DNA from: Cyanidioschyzon merolae
Taxonomy: Eukaryota
Assembly: GCA_000091205.1 (NCBI GenBank)
Contig: AP006491.2
Reading direction: 5' to 3' (one strand)
DNA: 64,000 bases
Part shown: positions 44,592 through 56,880 of the stretch, piece after piece
Layout of the letters: every line of letters starts with the position of its first letter
Position numbering within the stretch: position 1 is the stretch's first letter
Notes under the pieces: model-generated
What the model was told of the DNA's origin: nothing
Databases searched by the model: none
Seen by the model: only the letters and a program-made list of their open reading frames with translations
Position numbers and translations under genes: made by a program

Positions 44592-45059
44592 TTCTCAGGG
44601 ATGCCGTGGCCGGCAGCTGATGCACAAGGGATCTCACCTGATTTGCATCCTAGTCTTACCCGGAATGCAGTGGTTAATGCACCAGCATCTTTAGGCGTGT
44701 AATGTGCCGCTGGTTCGTTTTAAGGGACGCACTGGCCGGTAGTGGATGCCCATCGATCTCGGCTGCTTCGCGTCTTCGGTGGACCGAAAATTCACTCAGA
44801 TATACGCCGAAATGTTTCGGTCTCTTTCGCTTTTCAAAGCATGCAATGCTCGTATGGAGCCAAATTCAGGCACTAGGACTTGCGGAATACTCTGAGGTGT
44901 CCCTTGGGCCAACCCTGCTTTGCAGTGTTTCGTGGAGACTGCTTACAGGCAGCGGCTAGTCTTGCTGATGCCGCTCGACACGGGTCTCGAAAAGGCGCTC
45001 GCGGTTCCGTGCGCGTCTGCGTCTGGAATGCCTTGGAGGTTTTCGTCTTTCCAAATATG

Positions 45060-45450
45060 CTGCACGAACCGGAATGCCTCAAGAGTTTCTTGGTCTGCAG
45101 CCTCTACATTCACATTAGAGCAATACGGGTCAACGGTTTCTTACATAGTTCTGGGATTCTTGAACCCGGCAAGCTTCTAGAGTATCTTGGTCTGCAGCCT
45201 CTACATTCACATTAGAGCAATACGGGCCAACGGTTTCTTACATAGTTCTGGGATTCTTGAACCCGGCAAGCTTCTAGAGTTTCTTGGTCTGCAGCCTCTA
45301 CATTCACATTAGAGCAATACGGGCCAACGGTTTCTTACATAGTTCTGGGATTCTTGAACCCGGCAAGCTTCTAGAGTTTCTTGGTCTGCAGCCTCTACAT
45401 TCACATTAGAGCAATACGGGCCAACGGTTGCTTACATAGTTCTGGGATTC
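45060..45450. repeat. Tandem array, 97-bp unit x ~3.7, intergenic
   Basis: cttggtctgcagcctctacattcacattagagcaatacgggccaacggtttcttacatagttctgggattcttgaacccggcaagcttctagagtttc starts at 45089, 45186, 45283 and 45380, period 97. Confidence 0.9.
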
Positions 45451-47820
45451 TCAGCGGCGTTTCGAAATGACTTGTTAGGCTTTTTGCCGCAGCAACACGT
45501 TACGTCACTGCGTTCAAGATCATTCGCGAGACTCTCAAGCAGGCATTTGGTGTAATGACCGATATCGCCATCCAATTCCCGTATATAAGACTCCACTCTT
45601 CTTCTTTCCGTCTGCGCACCATGCTCAAATCACGCGTTTCTTTCAATTTTTCGATCTCTGTTTTTCAGGGAAACAGGCTGGAACAGCGATTCGCGGCGCT
45701 GGACTGATGAAGAAACATACCCGACCTTGTCCCTGGACGACCTGTCCACAAACTCATGCTGAAAGCGCACTGGACATGCCGCGCCGAATGATCGATTCCG
45801 TTTCAAGAGAAAGTCTTTCTCTATTTGTGGCTATCGACGATACAGTACTCGACAGCATCAGCACGGTACTTTACACGGGAACTGCTTCAAGAGGATCCCG
45901 GCTCTTCGGTTTCCATGGAAAAGCGTCTTTCTTGGGTTTGAGTCGTCGAAGCAATTGCTGTTTCGGGAGATTTTGTCACCGCTTGCACGACGGGAAGGCA
46001 GACGGATCGAGATTTATGGAGTTGTTCTCCATTATGGGCTTTCCATCCGGTATTTAATGCATCATGGACAACCTCGCGTTCAGCAAAATTCTTTCTCTAA
46101 TGGGACCGCATGCGCTGGCATGTGCAGTGGACACAGTACTCGACGCCGGACTCGCCTAGAAGACGCCCGTGAACATAGCATATGGCACTGGGCACAGAAA
46201 CGGAGGAGGGCATTTCTGGAAGCCTTCTGCCCGTGTCGATGGCCATCTATCGGGCGATCTAGCAAGCCTGTATGGACTGTAGAGCGGCGCTCCGGGCATG
46301 CGGTCTAGTCGACACATGAGAACCCCTAACCACGGTTACGTTTCATTGTTGCAACGGGCAAGCCGACGTTGTCCCCGAACAAGATGAATTTGGTCATCGA
46401 AGCGAAGCTCGCAGATTCTTCCCCTGCATGAAATGCATAGACACCAGCCGGAAGCGGTGAAATCTCAACAAGCACGCCGCGATCATTACCTATCGACCGC
46501 AGACAACGGAACTGCAATGAAACGAGAGACCTTCGTATTTAAAGCCAGAGAAATACGAGCGGAATCGCGGCCAACAGCACAAAAAAATCCGCAAAGGTCT
46601 GTGTTGATGACCAATGGAAGCGGTGTAGACTTTAGGGTGTACACTCGAGCTACAGGACGCGTTCCACTGCATCCTAATACGGTTGCAGTGCCGGCGACTC
46701 GGACCTCTACACCTGCACATCTTTCGCGAGAGTCGTCGGCCTCAAACCCGCAGAAAGGTTGGAACGAAACCGTTGAGTGTGCACGGTATATGCCGCAATG
46801 CATCTGGTTCCACAGCAAGTGTCTGCTATCGCCTCAACGCCTTTGAAGTCACCAGATCAGACACCCACTTTCGCAGCATCACACCGGTTGTGGACGAGAT
46901 AGATCCTGGAAGCGTCTGCGGAAGCAGTGAACACGACGCATCGGGAAGCGGCAGGGTTCGTACATTCGGACTAACCTGGGACGATCCACTGATTCTCTGG
47001 GTGATCCAGGACAGGTATCATCGAAAGTGAGGATACATGCACACGTGCTAGAACGCGGTGTTGCGTTGCGCTCTGGTACAGGACTGAAGCATGGAACCCG
47101 GGTTTGCTCTGAATGTGCAGTTGCTGCTGAGCGTCAGAGAGGAGATGCTGGCCACTTTACAAGCGCTTCTGCATACAGCAACTCTGCAGCAGTGCTTCTC
47201 TTGAGACTGGAAGCTGGATTGATCCAGCGAGCCGTCCGCTGCAGTGCCGGAGCTGCCGACGTTTCTGTATTCGTGGTTGAGGTTGCCGCTGATCAACGAC
47301 TTGTTGCCTTGGCACAGCTCGCGTACTGGCGATCGCTTCAACCGAGCAGGCGCTCAACACTGTACCCTGCATTTTGATCAAAAAACCTTGATACTGACTA
47401 GAGAGTCCCGATGACGATATCATTGTCGGTAACCGAGAAAACTTCCCGGGAAAGGCGACGCAGTCATTGCCTCGGACGCCGGTGCGCCGCGTTGTGTCAA
47501 GTGGGGTGACGTCCACGCGCGCACCACCGTGCAGCACGTGCGACTCGGGTCTGCGGTACTCATGTGGATGTCTGTGGTGGATGAACGCACGGGCAAAGCG
47601 ACCGAGTTGGGCAACGCGGAAACGCAAGCGTGGGATAGAGATGGAAATAGGTGACGGAGAGTGCGCGACGATAAGGACTCGTTGGCGTTGGCGTTGCCAC
47701 AGGGTTTCCAGCAACGTACCCAAGTATTCGAATGTGGATGATTAAGCATGCTTTTACCGATGACGCAGTGTTCTGTGTGTACCCTCACCAACCCATTACT
47801 CAAGATCTGAACGCATCCAT

Positions 47821-49044
47821 TTAGTATTTGTAGCCAGCCTCAAACGTACCAGTTACATCCAGTGTCGGCTCTGAACCCGGAACGTATTTGCCCAGACTCG
47901 CCTTGCTGTTGGCTCGCGCCCGTGCAAGAAGCGCCTCCTGAGCCGCCCGCACATTCTCATCCTTACCCATCCACGATTTGAGGCACGACTGCTGCAGCGC
48001 GCGCCCATATGAGAAGGACAGCGCCCACGGTCCCTTGCGTGGACGGCTGTTCAGGGCGTTCAGGTTGATCGTGGCCTCTTCCTCCGTCATGCCACCAGAC
48101 AAGAACATGATACCAGGCACCGCTGCAGGGATCGTCCGCTCCAGCGTGCGAACCGTCATCTCAGCAATCACATCCGGCTTGACCTGCTGCTTGCTATCGG
48201 CACCAGGGAGCGTCATGGATGGTTTGAGAAGCGAGCCCTCCAGGAAGACTCCCTGTTGTTGGCACAAGTTATAAAGAATGGAGTAGACCTCCTCCTGGAC
48301 CTCAGCACACCTCTCGATGGTGTGGTCGCCATCCAGCAGAACCTCGGGCTCGATGATCGGCACCAGGCCCTGATCCTGCACAGTTCGGGCGTACCGCGCG
48401 AGACCGTAGCAGTTCTCGAAAATTGCCTGGCGAGTCGGACCGCCTGGTGCAATCTGGATAACCGCACGCCATTTGGCAAAGCGCGCACCCTGAGCGTAAT
48501 ACGCGGCTGCTCGCTCCGACAACCCGTCCAGGCCGGTGCACCAGGTCTCGTGCGCGAGCGCTGCGCCATGGAGCGGCGCCAAACCCTTGTCCACCTTGAT
48601 GCCTGGAATCACGCCAATGTTCCGCAGGCAGTCCACAAATGGACGACCATCCCGAGTGCTCTGATACAATGTCTCTTCGTACAGGATAGCACCGCTGATG
48701 TACTCACCGAGCCCCTGGCACGTGAAGAGGAGCTCGCGGTACCCACGCCGGTGCGTCTCCGTGTTCTCCACACCAATCGTTGCCAAGCGCTTTCCGATGG
48801 TTTTCGTGCTCTCGTCCACTGCAAGAATACCACGACCAGGCGATGCTATCTTGTTTGCAGTCTCCACCAGCTCGTCTGCGAATTTCTCCACCCCGCCCGG
48901 GCGCACGCCCCATGAGCGCATGCGCAGCGTCACAGAACGCGCCACTCGCGCACGAGGAGCGCCAAGAGACTTTTGACGCAAGTTAAGCTTCACATTCTGT
49001 TGGAAGAAAGAGGAATTAACTGGAATCTGAACGAATGCCTCCAT
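47821..49044 (-). CDS. FBA: Class I fructose-1,6-bisphosphate aldolase with N-terminal transit-peptide-like extension. The ORF extends upstream to 49314.
   Basis: [24 protein letters not shown]. Schiff-base Lys context [13 protein letters not shown]-terminal [10 protein letters not shown]...Y. The presequence [14 protein letters not shown] precedes it. Confidence 0.92.
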   Translation of the reverse strand: MEAFVQIPVNSSFFQQNVKLNLRQKSLGAPRARVARSVTLRMRSWGVRPGGVEKFADELVETANKIASPGRGILAVDESTKTIGKRLATIGVENTETHRRGYRELLFTCQGLGEYISGAILYEETLYQSTRDGRPFVDCLRNIGVIPGIKVDKGLAPLHGAALAHETWCTGLDGLSERAAAYYAQGARFAKWRAVIQIAPGGPTRQAIFENCYGLARYARTVQDQGLVPIIEPEVLLDGDHTIERCAEVQEEVYSILYNLCQQQGVFLEGSLLKPSMTLPGADSKQQVKPDVIAEMTVRTLERTIPAAVPGIMFLSGGMTEEEATINLNALNSRPRKGPWALSFSYGRALQQSCLKSWMGKDENVRAAQEALLARARANSKASLGKYVPGSEPTLDVTGTFEAGYKY

Positions 49045-49334
49045 ATTGCCAGGTCTCAGCTCGCGCTCGCTGCGTGTCTTCGTGCCGCGCACACACCACA
49101 ACACCAACACGCAGTCAACGTCGCGTGTGGCAGGCATCGCTCGTCGACGCCTACCGTCACGACGCCGCCGGCGATGCGTCGCCGACGCCGCACGCATCGC
49201 GTTTTTGGTGCGTGCATGCGTGCGTGCTGGACGCCCGGCGCTGCGGCATCGAGCATCGTCGACGGTGCAGCGATCGGGGCAGCGAGATGCGGTGCGCGCA
49301 GACCTGGACATCATCGCCTCGGATGCGTCGCGAA

Positions 49335-49640
49335 CGTTCGATTTTTTTCATAGACAAGACGTTTACTTGTGCCAGCTTTCTCCGATTATGCGCATTTATG
49401 TTTTCTTACCTCTTTTGTGTGTTATTTTTTGTGCGCGGTGAGGTATCCATCAAACGTCCTACCTCCAAGTTACATTACCTATACTGATTCTCGGATATTC
49501 TGGTCGTTTCATACGTTCTATCGGGTGCGCTTAGTACCTAACCTAATCATACGCCTTTGGAACTTAACCGCTGGAGCAGATAGTTCATAGAGTTAGGAGG
49601 GCTTTTCCATACCACAGAGGGCGTCGGTTCGAGGCGTGGT
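49335..49640 (-). repeat. SINE-like dispersed repeat, near full-length copy. The A-tail complement ttttttt is at 49336 and the head complement ..gagggcgtcggttcgagg is at ~49640. It lies immediately upstream of the aldolase gene.
   Basis: Reference copy for the family alignments. Reverse-complement homology to 15871-16170. Internal segments are shared with the 1-170, 3790-4007, 22095-22200, 34265-34425 and 50545-50720 copies. Confidence 0.65.
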
Positions 49641-50544
49641 TCACCCGACGTAGAACTGGGATTCGTCGTCAGTGTGTGCTCGGACAGTCTGCGGATGCAG
49701 GCTTGCCTTCGCTGCACGACACGCTGGAGAAACTTCACTGTTAGGATATATCGTGGGGGCCGCCTCTCTCCTTCGTGATCATGCATGGAATGCGTTGTTG
49801 TCGGTTGGCAATGCGGGTTTGTGCTCGACACTCATACAGAAGGTAGGCGCAGAAAGCGCACTAAACCCGTGTGCGCATCCGATTCGCTGGACCATCCGCC
49901 TAGAAGGTAGCATGTGAGTTTGTTCGCCACTAGTGAGCGCTGAGGCTCTGTTAGCGGACCATCAGTTGCCAGTGCTGCACTCAAAGTGAGTGTCCGGCCG
50001 TCGACTATCACGGTGATGCCCAGCTGCTGCTGTCCTTCAAGGAGATCGCTGCGCTCCTGCTTTCAGCGCGGCCACTGTAACAGTAAATATGTCAGCGTCT
50101 CGGGGATCTCGTCTCGACAGCAGGGACAGTGTGATTCCCAGTGCGATTCCAGTGCTCCTATCCGGCTTAGAGCCGGTGCTGCTAGTCAGAAACCACCAAC
50201 GTGGATTTTGGCGAGCCACTGGGTACCGCGAGCAAGTCCCGGGAATTCCAGCGCCTCCCACCAGTACTTGCATGTGTATGCTAGGTTGTAGTTCCGGTAT
50301 AGAGTCAAGCCGGCGTTACGGGCGCGACTGGTTCCGTGTCTACGTTCCCATATTGGTGTTCGGACCGTTCGCTTGAGGCGTCTGAAGTCTTCTACATTCC
50401 TGGGGAACGATTGGAGCGGACAGCCTGCTTCTGGGCGTCGCGCTGGTCCGAGTGGACTCCGAGTACGTCGCTTCGTGCTGCTGCAAGCATTAGGTCTGTC
50501 TGCGCAGCTTACTGGCTCCCAGCATGATTATGTAGTCCGAACCC

Positions 50545-50720
50545 GTATCCAATGAACCACAACTTGAGGCGACGCCCTCACTGGCATGGCAAAGCCGTTC
50601 TGTCTCCGTGCCGCATCTGCTCCAGGGGTGTAAGCGCGATTGCGAATGCTCAAGGAAGGTTACGTGCACAGTGGAATGCACGAAATAACCAGTACATCCG
50701 AAAGGAAGTACAAGTAATGG
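50545..50720 (+). repeat. SINE-like dispersed repeat, head-proximal fragment in sense orientation
   Basis: cttgaggcgacgccctcactggcatggcaaagccgttctgtctccgtgc... is the revcomp homolog of 3900-4007. The CTCAGTGGTA-like stretch resembles a Pol III box A. Confidence 0.55.
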
Positions 50721-51071
50721 AACCTGAAGGTAGGGTCCAGCAGCATGATGGGCGCTTTCCCGAATGTCAATACCGATCTATCGCGCAATCTGGCCTCCAT
50801 GGTCCATAGAAGCGCTTTGGCATCGGCGGGAGAACCGGGCGTCGCCCCGCGCTGCGCTCCATGGAACAATGCTCAAATCACGAATAAATTGTACTTTATT
50901 AAATCTGTATGTACTATGATGTACAAAATAGCATTCCAGGAATCCCGAGATCACACACGCGCTCGAGACGTGAACTGTCTCGTCACTCTCGGCTACGGCT
51001 TCATCTTCCTCGTATTTCTTCGCCATTAGATACGAGTGCGGTAAGATTCTGGGCTGAAGTTTTCAATATTA

Positions 51072-52565
51072 GTGATGGACCCAACCAAGTATACACCACG
51101 CGATACTTTTGACGTGAACGTGCTTACCACGAACGCTGGGCAGCCGGTGACGAACAACCAGTCTTCACGCACTGTGGGGCCGCGTGGACCGGTGCTGCTT
51201 GAGGACTACCACCTCTTGGAGAAGCTGGCTAACTTTGACCGTGAACGGCAACCGGAGCGTGTTGTACACGCGCGCGGTGTGACTGCCAAGGGTTACTTTG
51301 AGGTGACACACGATATCACAGACTTAACCTGCGCGGACATGTTCGCGGAGGTTGGTCGCCGTACGCCGGTGGCTGTCCGGTTTTCGACGGTCATTCACTC
51401 GCGTCATTCACCGGAAACCTTGCGTGATCCGCGCGGTTTTGCTGTCAAGTTCTACACTCGTGAAGGAATCTGGGACCTCGTCGGAAATAATCTGCCGGTC
51501 TTCTTTATCAGGGATGCGATCAAGTTCCCGGACTTAATTCACGCGTTCAAACCAAACCCGCGGACAGAGGCGCAGGAATCCTGGAGGATTCTCGACTTTT
51601 TAAGCAACCAACACGAAAGCCTGAATATGCTCACGTTCCTTTTCGACGACGAGGGTATCCCGAAGGACTATCGGCATATGCGCGGCAGCGGAGTGCACTC
51701 GTTCCGCCTTGTAACCAGGGACGGACGCTCGACGTACGTGCGCTTCCACTGGCGCCCCAAGTGCGGTATGGAAAACTTGTTGGACGAAGAGGCTGCCGTT
51801 GTGTGTGGTCAGGATTTTTCTCACGCAACGCATGACTTGATCCGGGCAATTGACCGAGGCGACTATCCCGAATGGGCGCTCTATATCCAAACCATGGACC
51901 CGGCAATGGTTGAGAACCACGTGTTCCCGTGGGGCGATCCACTCGACGCGACGAGAGAGTGGCCTGAGAAGGACTTTCCGCTTCGCCCTGTGGGTCGCAT
52001 GGTGCTGAATCAGAACTGCGATAACCAGTTCTTGGAGAATGAGCAAATTGCCTTCTCGCCGGCACTCGTTGTCCCAGGTATCTACTATTCAGACGATAAG
52101 CTGTTGCAGGGTCGCCTTTTCAGTTACGCCGACACGCAGCGATACCGTATTGGTGCCAATTATCTGCAGCTGCCGATCAACGCACCAAAGAATCCGTTCC
52201 ATAATAACCATTATGATGGCCAGCAGAACTGGATGCTGCGTCAGGGCGAAGTGAACTACTACCCCAGCCGCGTAGACCCGGTGCCGGAGGCGCCCCCGGC
52301 CGCATTCCCAACGCCTCGCGATGAACTACGTGGTCAGCGGGTGAAGCAGCTGGTTCCAAATCAGTGCGACTTTGTGCAGCCTGGAGAACGTTACCGCTCT
52401 TTCGATCCGGCGCGCAAGGAGCGGTTCGTGAACCGGATCGCGAAACTGCTAACAGATGAGCGCGTGACCCCAGAGCTGCGAGCCATCTGGCTGGAGCTCT
52501 GGAGCAAATGCGATGCTGAACTGGGCGCAGCGCTGGCGACCAGAGTGAAGCAGTGTACAATGTGA
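51072..52565 (+). CDS. CAT: Catalase (monofunctional, small-subunit clade-3-like), single exon
   Basis: [15 protein letters not shown] (distal His signature). [14 protein letters not shown] (proximal Tyr heme-ligand signature). 497 aa. A (GTC)n microsatellite follows the stop at 52567-52600. Confidence 0.97.
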   Translation: MMDPTKYTPRDTFDVNVLTTNAGQPVTNNQSSRTVGPRGPVLLEDYHLLEKLANFDRERQPERVVHARGVTAKGYFEVTHDITDLTCADMFAEVGRRTPVAVRFSTVIHSRHSPETLRDPRGFAVKFYTREGIWDLVGNNLPVFFIRDAIKFPDLIHAFKPNPRTEAQESWRILDFLSNQHESLNMLTFLFDDEGIPKDYRHMRGSGVHSFRLVTRDGRSTYVRFHWRPKCGMENLLDEEAAVVCGQDFSHATHDLIRAIDRGDYPEWALYIQTMDPAMVENHVFPWGDPLDATREWPEKDFPLRPVGRMVLNQNCDNQFLENEQIAFSPALVVPGIYYSDDKLLQGRLFSYADTQRYRIGANYLQLPINAPKNPFHNNHYDGQQNWMLRQGEVNYYPSRVDPVPEAPPAAFPTPRDELRGQRVKQLVPNQCDFVQPGERYRSFDPARKERFVNRIAKLLTDERVTPELRAIWLELWSKCDAELGAALATRVKQCTM

Positions 52566-52995
52566 ATGTCGTTGTCGTCGTCGTTGTCGTCGTCGTCGCT
52601 GTGCGCTTGAACGGTCGCTCCAAGCTCAAATAAAGACTGACAAACCAGATGCAGTGCCGATGCGTATATAGCCGCTGCAACCATATGACGGGGCTGGGTG
52701 CGCATCTCCGGCAAAGCGTGTTGACGGCATGTGCGTCTGTCTGAACGCGATCGGACGTAGACGCTTCTTTGCAACCCGCGAGGAAGTCATGATTGGTCGA
52801 TTGAACAGTTGGTATGGTTCAATTTGCGTTAGATCGAAGGAATGGGTGTTTTTCGGTTTGTTTAAACAGAACGCTGATCGGTTTCCACGTGTCGCGCCCT
52901 AGCATGATCCGAAACGACCGCCGCCGCCACCGCCACCGCCACCACCACCACCACGGTGACGGCCATAACCACCATCGTAAACACAAGTCACCCTT

Positions 52996-55950
52996 TCACC
53001 AGTCTGCATTTGGATAGAGAAGGCTGTCCCCTTGACTGATATCGCGATCCCTGTACGCGTCCACGGTCTCAAGCGGCTCCGAGTACGCATCCGAGGCGAC
53101 CGGATCAATGACGTCACTGTCGAGCGCGTCCGAGTCCGACAGCAGCGCCTCTGCCGCAGCCAGGCGTGATCGAGCGGGCGCTGCCGACGCACGTCTCGCA
53201 GCTCGCAGGGCTTGTCGCGGACTGGTGACCTCGACAACGGCGGCCGGATTCCCCGTCCGACGCATGGACTGGCGCTTCGCCGCGGCCGGCGACATCGGCC
53301 GCCGCATTGGTCGACTAACACCGCGGATGCCGCTGTGCACGTGAGGATTCCGTCGGCGTATCACGAACGGCCCATCCGCGGAAACAGCATCGATAGGCGC
53401 TGCAGCACGAGCGGCTGTCGGTTTTGGCTCGGCTGCGAGCTTTCCCGATGCCACAGACGCTGCAAGGTCAGCGCGTCCGCGATCGCCTGCCAGCTGTGCA
53501 TCATCTTCGGTCACCAGAACGGTATCCATAGCTTCCAACCGATGCACCAAAGAGCGCAGCTGCTGCTCTAACTCCAATAACGCGGATTTCGGAGGCTGCT
53601 CATAGGCATCGTGCTCCTCATCGGCGCTAGACGCGTTCATTTGCTCGGAATCGTCTTCGGCATCCGTCGCGACGGTGCCGGGTGGCGCAGCGCGCGCCCG
53701 CCGTGCGTGCAATCCGCCGCTCGCGCGTTGCCATGCGTGTCGCCGCTGCAGCGCCATCACGCGTCCGTGCGCCGCTGCCGCCTCCGTGTCATCGAGCGCC
53801 GTGCCGCGTGCTGCAACCGCTGATTCCGAGCGTAGCGCGCGACGTTGCCGCCGCTGGCGATCACGTGGCGGGAAATCGGGGACAGCACGCGACGCGCGCT
53901 GCTGCTGCTGCTGCTGCTGTCGATGACGCCGCTGGTGGCGGCCGATGCGTGCGCCGCTGCACGCATCATCGGCGGACACGTATGCTGCGGATGCATCCGA
54001 GTCGTCGTATCGCGATGCTGCTGAAGCATCGCTGTCGAGCGTTCGGGGCGCAATGAACAGCTTACGCCACCAGCGACCGAAGCGGACACCTACCTCCCAA
54101 AGGCTGTCGTTCAGGGCACGTCGGCGCCGCCGCTCACGACGGTGTCGCTCGGGAGCGCGGCGACTGCGAGCGCGTGAGCGCTCCTCATCGGAGCAGGCAT
54201 TGCGCGCCAGCGGATCGCGATAGCGCCCGGCGCCGTGGCGCACGCTCCCGGTATGGCGCGGGACGTTCTCCGCCAGCGCCGCCTCACGTCGAATGAGCTG
54301 ACGGAGTCGCATGACGCGCGCTATAAGCGCATCGCGATCTCGAGCCAGGGCTGAGCGCTCGCTATGGAGCTGGGCACGCTCCGCGCGTACCGAGTCACGC
54401 TCTTTCTCGATACCACTCAGTTTCTTGAGCAGCAGACGGTGTTCACGACGAGCCTCTTCGAGCTCGGCGCGTATCTGGGCGACATGCAGTGGCGTGCGTC
54501 CGTCGGCGCTCGCGTGCGAGGTATCGCGAGTGCGCGTCGCCGCCTCCTGCCGCGCCTCGTCCATGCGTTCAGGTTTGGCGTCGGCGGTGCGCCCAGGGTC
54601 GTGCGCTTCCTGCTGGACGCCGTTCGCTCCCGCTCCGGTATCGGATGCGGACAGCGGCGGTGGCGGCACCGTGCGCTCACCAGCTGCGGCATTCGATGCA
54701 TCCGGATTCGCTGGCGTCGAAACAGGCCGCCCAGTGTCGTCCGTGGAGAGCGCTGCCGCCGGTGCCGCTGCTGCCACTGCCTCCGTTCCAAGACGCTGCA
54801 GCTCAGGTGCAGCGTTTCCAGCGGCCAGCGCCGGTGCCGGACGTGCCACGCTCGGTGCGCGCGGCGGTGGACCAGCGGGCGATTCTGTCGATGCTGCGGC
54901 TCTGAGTTCCCCGGGCCGCATCGGTGCAGCAGATGCGGTCTGCAGTGCAGTGCCACCAAGCTCATTGTCCGTGGCGAATGCTTGGAATTTTCGGATGAAC
55001 GTGGTGCCAGCAGGAAGCGGCTGCTCTTCTGTCACTCGATCTCTGGCTGCATCCTGAGTTGGACCCGGATTCACTGGCGGTTTGCGCACGCTCGGTCGCG
55101 GGCCAGGCTCGGGTCCCGTCGACGCTTCAATCGTTTGAAAACGTCGACGGAACATCTCTTCGCCCTTGCCTCCGCCGAAAACTGCGCCAGCACCCGCATC
55201 ATTCAGTACCGGTGCCGTACTGGCGGCAGTCTCGACCGCGGCACTCGTCGTTGACGGCGGTCTGTCGTCGGTGCCGGGCGGCCAACGAGCACGCGCACCG
55301 CGCTGCGCCTGCCCGGGGAGCGGTCGTACAGCCGCCGGGGGCGCTCGTGAGCGCTCCCGCTGCGATACGGTGCTGAGCTCGTTCGCAGGCTCGGCTTCGG
55401 TAGGCGCTATACCGAGTTTCTGGTTATGGCGCTCGACTGCACGTTTCCACCTCTGCATCGGGTTGAGATTCTCCTGCTCGAAGGAGTCGTCGGCTTTGCC
55501 GATATTCGTCGCAGTTGCTGCAGCGAGAACTTCCGCTGTAGGTCGTATAACGGATATATTCCCCGCATTAAAAGGACGTAAAGGAGCTGCATTCGGTGCC
55601 CCTGTTGACGCTTCAGATCTGCCAGCGGCGAGCGCCGGTTTGCGAAACACCGATGGCGCACCTGCAGCTGTACCCAGCCGGCTCGTAGGGACGCTTTTCC
55701 CACTAGTCGTGTTCGTCCCATCCCCTTTTGGTGCCGGGGGTTTATTGGCTATGTTCGATGTAGAGAGTGTGCTGTATATCGGTCTCATCCTGTGAGCGAA
55801 GTAAAAGAGAGACGGTGAGAACGCCAAAGCACAACCGGGATCGGTTTGAAAATTTGAATCGGAGGGAAAACGCTGCGGACACCTGCATGCCGATCGATCG
55901 CGCACGCGCGCACCCGTCCGGCGCACGGTGTCGCCGCTGGCAGCGGACAT
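52996..55950 (-). CDS. Hypothetical large (984 aa) Ala/Pro/Arg/Ser-rich, mostly disordered protein with a central coiled-coil. A polyQ tract is encoded by (CAG)n.
   Basis: By far the longest ORF across 53-56 kb. Coiled-coil AELEEARREHRLLLKKLSGIEKERDSVRAERAQLHSERSALARDRDAL. The repeat (GCT)n at 53898-53919 encodes QQQQQQQ. Several overlapping opposite-strand ORFs are typical GC-rich artefacts. Confidence 0.4.
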   Translation of the reverse strand: MSAASGDTVRRTGARVRDRSACRCPQRFPSDSNFQTDPGCALAFSPSLFYFAHRMRPIYSTLSTSNIANKPPAPKGDGTNTTSGKSVPTSRLGTAAGAPSVFRKPALAAGRSEASTGAPNAAPLRPFNAGNISVIRPTAEVLAAATATNIGKADDSFEQENLNPMQRWKRAVERHNQKLGIAPTEAEPANELSTVSQRERSRAPPAAVRPLPGQAQRGARARWPPGTDDRPPSTTSAAVETAASTAPVLNDAGAGAVFGGGKGEEMFRRRFQTIEASTGPEPGPRPSVRKPPVNPGPTQDAARDRVTEEQPLPAGTTFIRKFQAFATDNELGGTALQTASAAPMRPGELRAAASTESPAGPPPRAPSVARPAPALAAGNAAPELQRLGTEAVAAAAPAAALSTDDTGRPVSTPANPDASNAAAGERTVPPPPLSASDTGAGANGVQQEAHDPGRTADAKPERMDEARQEAATRTRDTSHASADGRTPLHVAQIRAELEEARREHRLLLKKLSGIEKERDSVRAERAQLHSERSALARDRDALIARVMRLRQLIRREAALAENVPRHTGSVRHGAGRYRDPLARNACSDEERSRARSRRAPERHRRERRRRRALNDSLWEVGVRFGRWWRKLFIAPRTLDSDASAASRYDDSDASAAYVSADDACSGARIGRHQRRHRQQQQQQQRASRAVPDFPPRDRQRRQRRALRSESAVAARGTALDDTEAAAAHGRVMALQRRHAWQRASGGLHARRARAAPPGTVATDAEDDSEQMNASSADEEHDAYEQPPKSALLELEQQLRSLVHRLEAMDTVLVTEDDAQLAGDRGRADLAASVASGKLAAEPKPTAARAAAPIDAVSADGPFVIRRRNPHVHSGIRGVSRPMRRPMSPAAAKRQSMRRTGNPAAVVEVTSPRQALRAARRASAAPARSRLAAAEALLSDSDALDSDVIDPVASDAYSEPLETVDAYRDRDISQGDSLLYPNADW

Positions 55951-56181
55951 GTGCGTCGGTTCATCGCGGGCAGTGGTGTCTATATTGTGCCAGAAATGGA
56001 AACAAGGTACAGTGTTTCATGATGCGCCGTCCCGCAGATGACGTCGCTGGGGGCGTGTCCGTGAAAAGCCGCCTGCGAAGCGGTGTCCGTATTGTTCATC
56101 TAAAAGCAGGTATGTCTAGACGCTGATCGTTGCCCGCGCGCGCCGAGGATCGGGCTCCGCGCGGGACTCGCGCAGTGCCGA

Positions 56182-56880
56182 CTAGGGCTCCATTGGTGCG
56201 CCCGCATCAGGTAGAATGCGATGACGCACGAGCGCTCTGTAATGCTCGGGACGAAAGCGTCTAATGTACTCCGCTAATTTTCCCCGCACGATTGTCTCTG
56301 TCGATGCAATGCCTATCTCATCCGCGAATGACTGAATCAGCGTTTTCGCTGACGCAACGGCCTCCTGCATGATTGGACTGGTTCCGCTAAGCAATCGATC
56401 GTTATCGCGATATAGAACCAGTACTTCAATTTCGCCAACGGTGTAACCGTAATCCGTCCGATCCAGATCGATGTTCAAGGTCTGCCCGCGATAAACGACT
56501 TGTAAAGTTTCGCGCTCTGTCACGATCCGGGCAAACGGTGCTATGCGGCCTTCCCGAAGAGCCGTGTCCGGGCTCCACCCGAGCGCAGCCTCCACGTCTG
56601 CGAACTCGTCCAACTCTCGGTAAGTGTCCAGCGTAGCTGTGCGTGGCGTTTTTCCCCAAGGTATTTTGAGCTGCCACTGCAGCTCACGTTGCCGTAGCCA
56701 CCAGTCGCGCAGTGTTAGCGCCCAGGCATCTGGTACGTCAAAATAGGTATCCGTAAAGCAGGCAGTACGCAGCCGACGTTTCTCTGACACGATCGACGTC
56801 GACTCGAGCCTCTCCAGCAACCGTTGGGTCAGTTCTGGAGACAGCACAAACTTGCGCTCTACTTCAATGCTAGCCGTCAT
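56182..56880 (-). CDS. CYTH-domain protein (thiamine-triphosphatase/CyaB-like triphosphate tunnel metalloenzyme). The ORF extends upstream to 57111.
   Basis: MTASIEVERKFVLSP carries the ExExK hallmark. Downstream acidic/basic tunnel residues are present. ~230 aa from the Met at 56880. Confidence 0.75.
   Translation of the reverse strand: MTASIEVERKFVLSPELTQRLLERLESTSIVSEKRRLRTACFTDTYFDVPDAWALTLRDWWLRQRELQWQLKIPWGKTPRTATLDTYRELDEFADVEAALGWSPDTALREGRIAPFARIVTERETLQVVYRGQTLNIDLDRTDYGYTVGEIEVLVLYRDNDRLLSGTSPIMQEAVASAKTLIQSFADEIGIASTETIVRGKLAEYIRRFRPEHYRALVRHRILPDAGAPMEP

Noticed and set aside
54311-55795. Several 200-300-aa plus-strand ORFs (54311-55057, 54364-55254, 55166-55795) inside the 984-aa minus-strand ORF
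   Set aside because: Typical stop-codon-poor frames in ~70% GC DNA. They are mutually overlapping in different frames with no motifs.
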